Assembly (NCBI GenBank): GCA_041666915.1
Contig: JBAYFZ010000001.1
Location: 286,335-350,334, forward strand
Direction of reading: 5' to 3'
From: Minisyncoccota bacterium
Lineage (GTDB): Bacteria > Patescibacteriota > Minisyncoccia > Phycocordibacterales > PALSA-1337
DNA length: 64,000 nucleotides
The position numbers and the translations under genes were made by a program. Positions within the stretch are counted from its first letter, which is position 1, and every line of letters begins with the position of its first letter. Positions 8,457 to 17,732 of this stretch are shown piece after piece. Under the pieces are notes generated by a model that searched no databases, was not told the DNA's origin, and saw nothing but the letters and a program-made list of their open reading frames with translations.

Positions 8457-11450
8457 TTAGGCAACAACTATGTTTACGAGCTTATTTGGGACTACAATAA
8501 CTTTACGAATCTCCTTCCCTTCCAGCCACTTCTTAACTTCTGGAACTTCTTTGGCTAGTCTTTCTATATCTTCTTTACTTGTATCGGTCGGAGCTGTGAA
8601 TGAACCGCGAATCTTCCCACTAACCTGAACCATGATAGTAACCTCATTTTCCACCACCTTTTTGGGGTCATATACGGGCCATGGTGAGACGTGTATTGAT
8701 TTCTTGTTACCAAGTAAGGACCATAGTTCTTCAGTAAAATGTGGAGCAAATGGTGCGAGCAACTGGAGTATAGTTTCGTACTGTTTGCGACTAATAGAAA
8801 CAGATTTTTCCAATTCGTTTATGGCGATCATAAGAGCACTCACAGCTGTATTGAAACGCATTGCTTCAATATCGTCAGTGATCTTCTTTATAGTTTTATG
8901 GATAATCGCATCCACGTCTGCGCACTCTTTGGGCTGTGCCAGTTTCCCCTTCGTATCAACCTTTTCTCGAAGTTTCCAAACACGTTCAATGAATCTCCTA
9001 GTACCAACTATACTAGATGTACTCCAAGCAATCTGTTGATCAAAAGGACCCATAAACATCTCATAAAGTCTGAGGGAATCGGCTCCGTAATTTCCAACTA
9101 TTTCATCAGGATTGATAACATTTCCAAAACGTTTGGACATTTTTCTACCATCTTCCCCCATGATAAGACCGACATGTTGAAGTTTCAAAAATGGTTCTAT
9201 ATTGGAAACCACGCCGATATCATACAAAAATTTATGCCAAAAGCGAGCATAAATAAGATGTCGAGTAGCATGTTCAGCTCCACCTACATACACATCAACT
9301 GGTGACCAATACTTTTCCTTTTTTGGGTCAACGAGAACTTTGTTATTTTCTGGATCTTCATATCTCAAATAATACCAAGAGGAACCCGCCCATTGTGGCA
9401 TAGTATTGGTCTCTCTTTTGGCTGAACCTTTGCAGACTGGACACTTTACATTTACCCATTTTGAAATAGTAGCGAGTGGAGACTCTCCTGTTCCTGTAGG
9501 TTCATAAGATTTGACTCTTGGCAAAATGACAGGAAGATCTTTTTCTGGTACAGGAACAATGCCTTTTCCTTCAGGATTTATAAGAGCACAATTTTCGCAG
9601 CGAATGACTGGTATTGGTTCACCCCAATAACGTTGGCGAGAGAATACCCAATCTCGTAATTTGAATTTTGTAACCCACTGTCCACCAACCGATTCTGTTA
9701 TTTCTTTCTTAACTGATCCGGAAGATTTACCGTCAAATTTGCCGGAATTGATAAGTTTTCCATCTCCAGTAAAACAATTGGAGTTGGAGATATAAGCATT
9801 CCACATCAATTCAAAAGCAGAAAGATTCAACCAAGTCTTCATATCACTTCTTTTTATCCAAACTGTTTTATGGTTGACAACTTCTTCTTCTTTTACTATT
9901 GATTTTTCCTCATCCAATAATCTAAAAAGTACGCCTTGCCCAAAAGCATACCTATTAACATCCTTATGAGCAGCAAAGAAATGATTATGTTGTTCCATAC
10001 CTAAATCTTTTACATACTCAATATGAATGTATCCTGTTTCTTCTTTTATTTCACGAGCAGCAGCATCTTTATATGATTCACCATCATCAACTCCTCCAAT
10101 TATCCCCGAATGCCAATTAAACTTCTCCCAATCCAAACACAAAAACCTATCATTTTTCTCATCTAATAAAAGAGCGTAAATCGTTTTTCTCTTAACGGTT
10201 TCTTTATCTGGTCTAACATGATCTTTTCCTTCGCTATTAGTAGCGTAAGGTGCAATAACTTGTTTTATCTGTAACCCATACTTCTTTGCAAAAGCAAAAT
10301 CCCTCTCATCATGTGCTGGTACTGCCATGACAGCTCCTGTACCATATTCAGCCAAAACATAATCCGCTATCCAAACAGGAACCTCTTCATTGTTGACAGG
10401 ATTGACTGCTTTGACACCTTTCAACTCAACACCAGTCTTTTCTTTACCAGCATCCGTACGTTCAATATCAGTCTGTTTCTTGGTTTTATTTATATAATCC
10501 TCTACTTCTTGACGATTCTCAATATTTTTCAAAAATTCTGTCACTAACTTATGCTCTGGTGCCAAAACAACATAAGTCACACCAAATAATGTGTCTGGAC
10601 GAGTTGTATATACGTCTATTGTATCGTCATTTTTTATATTTGATTCTTGATTTTTAATTTTGAACTTTATCTCTGCTCCTTCACTTCTTCCTATCCAATT
10701 TCTCTGTAAGATCTTTATTGATTCCGGCCAATCAAGAAGTGGTATATCAAGATTTTTCTTAGCATCCAAATCATTGAGCAATCTCTCTGCGTAATCAGTA
10801 ATACGTAAAACCCACTGCCTCATAGGCTTCTTCTCCACCAACGTACCACAACGTTCACAGTGACCATCTTCTACATCTTCATTTGCCAAACCAGTTTTAC
10901 AAGAAGGACACCAATTGATAGGTTCAAACGATTCATAAGCCAAACCCTTTTTTAACAATTGCAAAAATATCCACTGAGTCCACTTATAATATTTTGGATC
11001 AGTAGTATTAACTTCACGTGACCAATCGTAATCAAAACCCATTATTTCCAATTGTTTTTTGTACCTAGCTACATTCTTTTTAACAGAATCCGCTGGATTG
11101 GTTTTTGTTTTCAAAGCATAATTCTCTGCCGGTAAACCAAAAGCATCAAATCCCATTGGATGAAGGATAGAATATCCAGCCATTCTCTTGTAACGAGAAA
11201 TGATATCGGTAGCTATATAACCTTTTGGATGACCAACATGGAGACCTTCACCAGATGGATATGGGAACATATCTAGCACATAATATTTCGGTTTCTTATT
11301 ATCTTCTTTAGATCTAAAAACCTTGGAACTCTCCCACTTCTTTTGCCACTTTTTCTCTATCTTAGCAGAATCGTAAACCGAAACTTTCGCAGTCACCTTC
11401 TTTGCAACCTTTACGGCTGTCTTTTTGGTTTTTTGGCTAGTCTTCTTCAT
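8457..11450 (-). CDS. leuS: leucyl-tRNA synthetase with an inserted Nudix-hydrolase-like domain
   Basis: 997 aa; HVGHPKG (HIGH), TTRPDTLFG editing motif, KMSKR, LRDWVFSRQRYWGEPIP; Nudix box GGVDDGESYKDAAAREIKEETGY at aa ~452-474. Confidence 0.95.
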   Translation of the reverse strand: MKKTSQKTKKTAVKVAKKVTAKVSVYDSAKIEKKWQKKWESSKVFRSKEDNKKPKYYVLDMFPYPSGEGLHVGHPKGYIATDIISRYKRMAGYSILHPMGFDAFGLPAENYALKTKTNPADSVKKNVARYKKQLEIMGFDYDWSREVNTTDPKYYKWTQWIFLQLLKKGLAYESFEPINWCPSCKTGLANEDVEDGHCERCGTLVEKKPMRQWVLRITDYAERLLNDLDAKKNLDIPLLDWPESIKILQRNWIGRSEGAEIKFKIKNQESNIKNDDTIDVYTTRPDTLFGVTYVVLAPEHKLVTEFLKNIENRQEVEDYINKTKKQTDIERTDAGKEKTGVELKGVKAVNPVNNEEVPVWIADYVLAEYGTGAVMAVPAHDERDFAFAKKYGLQIKQVIAPYATNSEGKDHVRPDKETVKRKTIYALLLDEKNDRFLCLDWEKFNWHSGIIGGVDDGESYKDAAAREIKEETGYIHIEYVKDLGMEQHNHFFAAHKDVNRYAFGQGVLFRLLDEEKSIVKEEEVVNHKTVWIKRSDMKTWLNLSAFELMWNAYISNSNCFTGDGKLINSGKFDGKSSGSVKKEITESVGGQWVTKFKLRDWVFSRQRYWGEPIPVIRCENCALINPEGKGIVPVPEKDLPVILPRVKSYEPTGTGESPLATISKWVNVKCPVCKGSAKRETNTMPQWAGSSWYYLRYEDPENNKVLVDPKKEKYWSPVDVYVGGAEHATRHLIYARFWHKFLYDIGVVSNIEPFLKLQHVGLIMGEDGRKMSKRFGNVINPDEIVGNYGADSLRLYEMFMGPFDQQIAWSTSSIVGTRRFIERVWKLREKVDTKGKLAQPKECADVDAIIHKTIKKITDDIEAMRFNTAVSALMIAINELEKSVSISRKQYETILQLLAPFAPHFTEELWSLLGNKKSIHVSPWPVYDPKKVVENEVTIMVQVSGKIRGSFTAPTDTSKEDIERLAKEVPEVKKWLEGKEIRKVIVVPNKLVNIVVA
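9816..10193 (-). other. Nudix (MutT-like) domain inserted in the CP1/editing region of LeuRS
   Basis: perfect Nudix box G-x5-E-x7-REUxEExGU plus flanking beta-strand pattern. Confidence 0.75.
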
Positions 11451-11458
11451 ATCCGAGA

Positions 11459-11487
11459 ATCATAGCTCAAAATGAAGAATGTTTCAA
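11459..11487 (-). promoter_or_regulatory. sigma70-like promoter of leuS: TTGAAA-17 nt-TATGAT, 8 nt before the ATG (near-leaderless)
   Basis: hexamers and spacing read directly; the whole 58-bp block (11449-11506) is duplicated at 12527-12584. Confidence 0.4.
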
Positions 11488-11514
11488 AAGGAAAATGTGA
11501 TTTATTTTTGTGGT

Positions 11515-12537
11515 TCAATTATTAGCCCCAATTATCTTTTTCACTTCTCTATCAAAATCAGATTCAATATTTTGGTGCTTATTAAATTCCCTGTATTCAA
11601 AAATTGCCTTTGAATCAGCATCGGCTTTAGAAACACGTCCTTTTCCATCAAGGATCTTATACTCATTAAAAGAAAGAAACTTATCTACGCTTTCAGCAAA
11701 TTTTTTCATCGTAAATGTATTGCTTCTTTCAATCAAACCTTCAATATAATCAAAAAAACCTACAACCGTTCGTTCTAACTTCTTAATTTCGTTTTCTTCT
11801 AAATAATTTTTTGCAACGATAACATCAGATTGTAAGATTCTACCTACTGGTGATTTCTTCCACGTCAAAAGACCCATATGTGGTTTTTTAGAGTCTACTT
11901 TATTATAAATTATCTCTGGAGCAGTTTTACCAGTAATTGCAAAGTGAAATTTATTCTGCACCATTGCATAAAACTCATGACTGATACTGGAATCTTTATC
12001 GTAATCAACACTACATTCAGCAAAAATATCTGTTATTTGTTGGTAGATACGACGCTCACTCGCCCTAATTGAGCGAACGCGTTCAAGTAGTTCTTGAAAA
12101 TAGTCTGCATTAAATAACTTTCTACCCTGTTTCAAACGCTCATCATCAAGCACAAACCCTTTAATAATAAATTCACGAAGCACCTGTGTTGCCCAGATAC
12201 GAAAATGTGTAGCTCTTTTAGAATTTACTCTATACCCTACTGCAATAATCGCATCTAAATTGTAATAGGTTAGACTACGCTCAATATCTCTCCCTCCTTC
12301 ATTTTGAACTTGTAAGAAATCCTTACAAGTTGAATCCTTCACTAATTCACCAATTTCATAAACATTCTTCAAATGAAGCGTGATATTTTGTGGTGTAGTA
12401 TCAAAAAGCTCAGCTATCAACTTCTGGGTTAGCCAAATCATTTCTCCTTCTATACGGACTTCGACTTTAGGATCACCATTTTCTGTTGAAAAAATGAGAA
12501 ACTGAGCAGTAGTTTGTAGAAAATTAGTCTTCTTCAT
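11515..12537 (-). CDS. RhuM-family virulence/DNA-binding protein
   Basis: 340 aa; YYNLDAIIAVGYRVNSKRATHFRIWATQVLREF is characteristic of the RhuM family. Confidence 0.8.
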   Translation of the reverse strand: MKKTNFLQTTAQFLIFSTENGDPKVEVRIEGEMIWLTQKLIAELFDTTPQNITLHLKNVYEIGELVKDSTCKDFLQVQNEGGRDIERSLTYYNLDAIIAVGYRVNSKRATHFRIWATQVLREFIIKGFVLDDERLKQGRKLFNADYFQELLERVRSIRASERRIYQQITDIFAECSVDYDKDSSISHEFYAMVQNKFHFAITGKTAPEIIYNKVDSKKPHMGLLTWKKSPVGRILQSDVIVAKNYLEENEIKKLERTVVGFFDYIEGLIERSNTFTMKKFAESVDKFLSFNEYKILDGKGRVSKADADSKAIFEYREFNKHQNIESDFDREVKKIIGANN

Positions 12538-12545
12538 ATCCGAGA

Positions 12546-12574
12546 ATCATAGCTCAAAATGAAGAATGTTTCAA
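12546..12574 (-). promoter_or_regulatory. duplicated copy of the leuS promoter, driving rhuM
   Basis: 58-bp identity (12527-12584 vs 11449-11506) including the first four codons ATGAAGAAGACT. Confidence 0.4.
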
Positions 12575-12621
12575 AAGGAAAACCCCACTGTTCGCTTTCG
12601 CTACTAAGTGGGGTTGTGACG

Positions 12622-13155
12622 CTATTTGGGACTAAAGACAAAATTTCTCCAATAGTAATCGTCGAGCGACATCCATTCTCCTTTATGGAATACATGGGTG
12701 ACTTGTTGAAAAGTGAACTTGGGAAGGTCCACTTTGTGAGTGGAGATTCCAAAAGCCTTGATGACTTTGTAACCGAGGTCAACTGCAAATTCACAAAAAT
12801 GCTTTCCTCGTGGAATTTCCAATGTCCAGTTGAGATCTGATTTTTTTATATGATGACGACGAACAGCAGCCTCATAATACATAGATTTCTCAAATTCCTC
12901 AAAAAGTAACTGGAAGATCCTGGAATTAATCCTCTCAAAAATCTCTCGTGGAATCTCTCCGTCCAATGAAATAGAAAGTTCGACCATACGACCCATCTCC
13001 GATTTTATCTGAATAGCCTTGAGCCTAATTACATGACCAGAGACATTATCTACAAGGTCAGTGAGAACTACAAGGTCAGTGCGAAAACCCTCTCTCAAAC
13101 CTTCAGTCAGATTCCAACTAAACAACGTCTGATTCCAACTTCTGATTTTTTTCAT
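12622..13155 (-). CDS. hypothetical protein
   Basis: 177 aa ORF, no recognisable motif. Confidence 0.4.
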   Translation of the reverse strand: MKKIRSWNQTLFSWNLTEGLREGFRTDLVVLTDLVDNVSGHVIRLKAIQIKSEMGRMVELSISLDGEIPREIFERINSRIFQLLFEEFEKSMYYEAAVRRHHIKKSDLNWTLEIPRGKHFCEFAVDLGYKVIKAFGISTHKVDLPKFTFQQVTHVFHKGEWMSLDDYYWRNFVFSPK

Positions 13156-13524
13156 CTATACTTTCCACTACTCATAGGACTCGAGATTTTATACCTCAAG
13201 CGATTGGATAGTCCAATTCTTTTAAAGAGCAGTTTAGTTTTAGGTTACAATGAGATTGTAGGTGGTGTCAAATTACTGATCCAGATTATTTTAATCTCGA
13301 GATCACTGACCTCTTTCCTTTTACCTAGATTTCCATAAACCTTAAACCCTATTCAGATACCCCCTAGGGGTATCAACTACAGATTTGATCCCCCTCCCCC
13401 GGGAGGGGGGTGATTTTGTGATACAATAACTCTAGAGCTCCATTGCAGATCAAGCTTTAAAAGTGTCGCTGTTAAGTCAGTATTCTGGGCCAACGCCTAC
13501 TCTTTCAAAGCTTCCTGTGTACTT

Positions 13525-13560
13525 ACACCGCCCCGATCTTTCTGGGTGGTGTATTTTTTT
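13525..13560 (+). terminator. candidate rho-independent terminator ACACCGCCC-loop-GGGTGGTGT plus T8
   Basis: stem-loop with one G-U, then an 8-T run; no annotated plus-strand gene upstream. Confidence 0.4.
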
Positions 13561-13562
13561 AT

Positions 13563-13590
13563 CCTAAACTTCGTGACACTACCATCTTCG
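13563..13590. repeat. att-like repeat copy A (tcctaaacttcgtgacactaccatcttc); reverse strand encodes DEDGSVTKFRI
   Basis: similarity to copies B, C, D and to the ychF C-terminus. Confidence 0.55.
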
Positions 13591-13610
13591 TCATATGTTA
13601 TGATACTAGT

Positions 13611-13862
13611 ATGAAATATTTCATATTCAGTATCGTAATTTTGATTAACATTGCGATCCACGCCCTATCTTCTGAAATTTCTGCCATCAGTCCTAATTTG
13701 TGGTTTATAATCCTTGTTCTGTTTTTAATCGGATATACTTACGCAGGGGTTCAATATATTCGACTTAAGAAAAGATACGCTGTCAGTATCATATTTTTTC
13801 TCTTGGCAATCTTTAACATCTTACCAATAATAGGATGGCTGGTTCTACGTTCTAATTTTTAG
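13611..13862 (+). CDS. small two-TM membrane protein (island remnant?)
   Basis: 83 aa, two hydrophobic helices; lies between att-like copies A and B. Confidence 0.3.
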   Translation: MKYFIFSIVILINIAIHALSSEISAISPNLWFIILVLFLIGYTYAGVQYIRLKKRYAVSIIFFLLAIFNILPIIGWLVLRSNF

Positions 13863-13863
13863 A

Positions 13864-13891
13864 TTTTAAACTCTATGACACTACCGTCTCC
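13864..13891. repeat. att-like repeat copy B (ttttaaactctatgacactaccgtctcc); reverse strand encodes GDGSVIEFKI*
   Basis: read directly. Confidence 0.6.
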
Positions 13892-14183
13892 ATAAAGTTG
13901 AAACCCCACCTCTGCTTTCGCTAGATGGTGGGGTTTTCCGTGTCGTTTTCGACCTACTCAGTGCTGTGTGCAATTTTTGCGCACGCAAGTGCTCCGAGAT
14001 AAGTGAACGCAACAAGGATGATTGTAAACCAGATAAACCCAGGCAAATCCGCCATTGTGGAGGACGGAACACCTTGATTCATCAGATGAACATGTATTGC
14101 TATAGGTCCAATCATAAGAACTCCTGGTTAAGGTTGAACTATATGGCACATTACCGTCTAATTTACGCTCTGTCCAGTTTCTT

Positions 14184-14216
14184 ATATCCTAAACTCTATG
14201 ACAGTACCATCTTCTC
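14184..14216. repeat. att-like repeat copy C (tatatcctaaactctatgacagtaccatcttct), candidate attL; reverse strand encodes EDGTVIEFRI*
   Basis: about 28/33 identical to copy D at 51842-51874. Confidence 0.65.
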
Positions 14217-14563
14217 AACACGAGGGCTATATTGTTAAAATAGCCCTATAAATCGGCGTAAACGCCAGTTTGCTCGTCTATTAAGCCCACAAATGCCCTT
14301 TTACGGCCTTAGTAGGCGAGCAAGCCTTTTTTGTTAAATTTTCAATTTGCTTACAACAAGGATTATACCAAGCGGTTGTTACATAGCAAGCTCCTTTGGC
14401 TTGTGTTTTCCCCACCTCACTTTTGCAGCCAAACGACCAATAGTCTGGTAGTGTTTTTTACCATACTTTTTCTTGGTCTTCTGACCGCCCTTTTTACCGA
14501 GCGCTTGTGCTGCCTTGTTCTTCACCAGGTAATTATACCAAGTGCTTCTTATTTCACAAAGGC

Positions 14564-15517
14564 CTATTTTCCTCTAAATTTACGATATCTTTGTTCAGCC
14601 TGTTTTCCATACATCATTGTGTAAACCATTGAGCTCTCAATACAGGAGTGACCGAGAATATTTGTGACGTCAGAGTTCGATCCTCCCTTTTCTATAATAT
14701 TTCTACCCATGTAATGTCTCATTGAGTGAGCATTCATATTCTTTTCAAGACCTGCTTTATTGGAATAGCCTCGAAGCATTTCACAAACACCGCTTTGTTT
14801 GAATCTGTATCCCCTAGTTTTGTTTGCACCAGAGTTATGGATTGATATAAATAATGCATTAGGATCACGCAGGACATTTCCACGCTTGAATCTTTCTCGT
14901 CTTTCAATCCATTTCTGAATCGCCTTGCTGGTTTCTTCAGTCCAGAAAATTTCTCGTAATGGTCTACGAGTTTTTGCCTTTTCAGTTTTAATAAGTGCTT
15001 TGTTGTTTACAAGATCCAAGTCATCCATATCAAGTGCCATAATTTCTCCGTTTCTAGCACCGGTATCCCAGAGCAATCTCACAATTGCTTCGTTTCTTAC
15101 ATTTCTAGGATCAGTATTCTGAGGAATGACACTGAGCAATTTTTTGTACTCCTCCTGAGTCGCAACTCGAGGTATCTTGTATTCCTTCTGAGGAATAGGT
15201 ATCAAGTTTTCGTTGAGGACCCTCCAACCTCTGAGGTTACAGAATTCGAAGAATTTCTTGTATGCCATGCATTTTGAAACGAAGCTATTATGCGACCATC
15301 CGATCTCTTTCATTAAATTCAAATATTCCATCATGTTATTTAACGTGATGTCTTCAATCTGTGGGTTACGCAAAAATAGGCAAAAAAGACGAAGGTCTTT
15401 GTCATTGCCTCTGGTAGTGGTACCGTTTATCTTAAACGTGCGCCAATTTGTAAATTCATCTATAGCATCTTTGAATAGCATATTAGTCAACCAAAAAGTC
15501 CACTCGATGCTAGTCAA
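14564..15517 (-). CDS. tyrosine-type site-specific integrase (phage integrase family)
   Basis: 317 aa; LWDTGARNGE (catalytic R), HSMRHYMG (H-x-x-R), GHSCIESSMVYT (catalytic Y). Confidence 0.9.
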   Translation of the reverse strand: MTSIEWTFWLTNMLFKDAIDEFTNWRTFKINGTTTRGNDKDLRLFCLFLRNPQIEDITLNNMMEYLNLMKEIGWSHNSFVSKCMAYKKFFEFCNLRGWRVLNENLIPIPQKEYKIPRVATQEEYKKLLSVIPQNTDPRNVRNEAIVRLLWDTGARNGEIMALDMDDLDLVNNKALIKTEKAKTRRPLREIFWTEETSKAIQKWIERRERFKRGNVLRDPNALFISIHNSGANKTRGYRFKQSGVCEMLRGYSNKAGLEKNMNAHSMRHYMGRNIIEKGGSNSDVTNILGHSCIESSMVYTMMYGKQAEQRYRKFRGK

Positions 15518-15880
15518 AGTGGACTTTTGGTGACGTCAGCTTCTTAATGAATTAATCGGCTTACGTCATTCCCAAGCTTGGGATACATACCCTTTCGGAT
15601 ATGCATTATCATCTTACTATCCCTACATGAATTAGCAAGATAAATGCTCAGGTCAAGTCCATTGCTAGCATCAGGCTGTTTCAATAGCCTAATCCCTCTC
15701 GGGACAATGGGTTCATATTCGGTTGTGCACTACATCCTAGTGTAGTGATTAGCTATTGTCAAGAAGGACTTTCTATTTTGTAGTGCTGTAAAATGAAAAT
15801 AGTCAAAATGTCAAGCAAAATAAGGGTATTTTGAACATAAAAAATAAAAGTCGCACCGTTTCTTAGGCGATGCGACAGTT

Positions 15881-16897
15881 TTATGCGATTCTTTCTCGCA
15901 TTTGTTCGAGGAAACTCACCACGCCCACATTCCGATACTGCGGAGTGGTCTTGTCACCCACATTTACAGGCATTGATACCCTAGGATACCTTCCCAGGAG
16001 CTCTCCTACCATGATTTCACGTCCCGTATCCCTTCCTATACGATCAAAGAGGCTAATCGCCATCTCTAGAAAGAAGGCGGATAACTCTCGAGCGTTGTCG
16101 GTAGGCAGACTTGTCCATTTCTCAATCATGCCGAATGGCAAGATATATGGAAATGCACAACTATGTCCTTCGACTGTCTGAATTGGTGCAAAGCTGTGAG
16201 CTTTAGGTTCACCAACTACACGTCCGCATCCTGGCATGAATGGAATAAGGTCTCGATCAGCGATCCATTCGACTAGATTCTCAAAGGCGTGAACAATTAC
16301 GAGCTCGCCTTGGAATGCTGGCTGAATGACAGTCCTTGCTCCGTTATCACAGAATCCAAGGATAACAGTTGCAATTTCAACACCTCGATTTTCAAGTTCC
16401 TTAAGAATATAAAGGCAAGTGTTACCCTTGAACACTCCTTCCTTAGCCAGAATTACTGGACGATAAGAAATCTTCCTAGCCAGCTCATCGAACTGACGAT
16501 CCAAATAATCAAATCCAGGACGGGGACCGTACCCGAGCATTTTTCCGTCCGTATCAAACAGTCGGTTAATGCTTAGGTTCAGTTTTTCATCACCGGAATT
16601 CAGGTCAGACATTTCGGAACATGTGACCAGGACTGCGTGCCGGTTGTTACCAGCAATACGACCATGAACTTGCTCCCAGATATTAATTCTGAGCTCATTC
16701 TTATCGATAGGACAAATCGTGACGTTTCCTAACGCTCTGACTACCCTTTCGAGAAGACTCTGGCGCAGTTGCTCAAACATCGGATCTTCTTGGCTTGGGA
16801 CCAGGAGACCCTTTGAGCGGAATGATTGAATACTGTTTGCTACGTCAAAGGAAACCACGCAGGTTCCCTGACCAAGTGCCGAATTGGCAGATTGCAT
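15881..16897 (-). CDS. hypothetical protein, first gene of the GC-rich block (possible degenerate PRTase-like fold)
   Basis: 338 aa; GC about 53 %; PVILAKEGVFKGNT loosely resembles a PRTase motif; no confident assignment. Confidence 0.45.
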   Translation of the reverse strand: MQSANSALGQGTCVVSFDVANSIQSFRSKGLLVPSQEDPMFEQLRQSLLERVVRALGNVTICPIDKNELRINIWEQVHGRIAGNNRHAVLVTCSEMSDLNSGDEKLNLSINRLFDTDGKMLGYGPRPGFDYLDRQFDELARKISYRPVILAKEGVFKGNTCLYILKELENRGVEIATVILGFCDNGARTVIQPAFQGELVIVHAFENLVEWIADRDLIPFMPGCGRVVGEPKAHSFAPIQTVEGHSCAFPYILPFGMIEKWTSLPTDNARELSAFFLEMAISLFDRIGRDTGREIMVGELLGRYPRVSMPVNVGDKTTPQYRNVGVVSFLEQMRERIA

Positions 16898-16985
16898 AGG
16901 AACCTCCTTTTTTATGGTTGTTTAAGTGACTACATTGAAAGAACACACCATGTCTAGTTTATATGAAATAGTAACAGAATACTAA

Positions 16986-17303
16986 TTATTTTTGCTCACC
17001 TTTCATTCTGTCGATCATCATTTTGTAGCCTCCACAACCTTCTTTCAGCCAACGATTAATTTTTGTGATCGTTACTGGAGACTCACCTGATTCTTCTTGT
17101 ATTTGAGAAAATGGAACACCTGCATCTAGTTTCTTTGCAACCTCCCAACGCATAGCAAATTCACGAAGATCTCTTTCACTCATAAGATCTCTGAAAAAAG
17201 CCTTGAGCTCGTCTTCATTCTTGAGCGACAAAAACACCTTGAGCAAGTCTGGAGACTTTTGCTCTAACTCAGACCATATTCCATTTTTTTCTTCATCTGT
17301 CAT
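16986..17303 (-). CDS. TrpR-like DNA-binding protein, YerC/YecD family
   Basis: 105 aa; LREFAMRWEVAKKLDAGVPFSQIQEESGESPVTITKINRWLK matches the YerC/YecD TrpR-like pattern. Confidence 0.6.
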   Translation of the reverse strand: MTDEEKNGIWSELEQKSPDLLKVFLSLKNEDELKAFFRDLMSERDLREFAMRWEVAKKLDAGVPFSQIQEESGESPVTITKINRWLKEGCGGYKMMIDRMKGEQK

Positions 17304-17387
17304 ATTTTTTACTATTATACCATAAAAAAGAGCGGTAACCTTGTTTCCAAAGTTACCGCCCGTGTGTCCATTCTATGGACCAAGGAA

Positions 17388-17705
17388 CTAATTACCGCGA
17401 ATCTTTGCGATCGCGAGGATCGTATCGCCGGATTCGACGATGTCATCGACACTGGCTTCCTGGCCGTTGCGTTGAATCTCGCAACGTTCCAAGTTTTTGA
17501 TGCCGATGACTGCGAAGAGTGCGCCAATCGTGATTTTCTTCGTGAGCGGGACCTCCTGGATTTCTCCAGGGATCTTGCCCACGCTCGCAATGGCGTCCTT
17601 CTGGATGACTGTGCAATCGGGGAGATTTGTCGTCTCGGGCCGATCCAACACTTCCACATGCGGCCGTTCAGCAGTCGCCGCCAACTGATTCATTCTGTTT
17701 TTCAC
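17388..17705 (-). CDS. ubiquitin-like beta-grasp protein (ThiS/MoaD-like) ending ..AKIRGN
   Basis: 105 aa; C-terminal IQRNGQEASVDDIVESGDTILAIAKIRG fits the ThiS/MoaD beta-grasp pattern; lies immediately downstream of the E1-like gene. Confidence 0.5.
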   Translation of the reverse strand: MKNRMNQLAATAERPHVEVLDRPETTNLPDCTVIQKDAIASVGKIPGEIQEVPLTKKITIGALFAVIGIKNLERCEIQRNGQEASVDDIVESGDTILAIAKIRGN

Positions 17706-17732
17706 TGTATTTTCCTTTCAAGGTTCAGAGGT

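Noticed and set aside
8632-9305. 135-aa and 188-aa plus-strand ORFs
   Set aside because: Antisense to leuS.
13340-13560. tmRNA/tRNA gene as the prophage attachment site
   Set aside because: No cloverleaf or tRNA-like acceptor/T-arm could be found by eye. The att-like repeats instead match the ychF 3' end.
17315-17659. 114-aa minus-strand ORF overlapping the Ubl gene in another frame
   Set aside because: Arg/Ser-rich low-complexity translation. The alternative frame (17388-17705) gives a beta-grasp-like protein.
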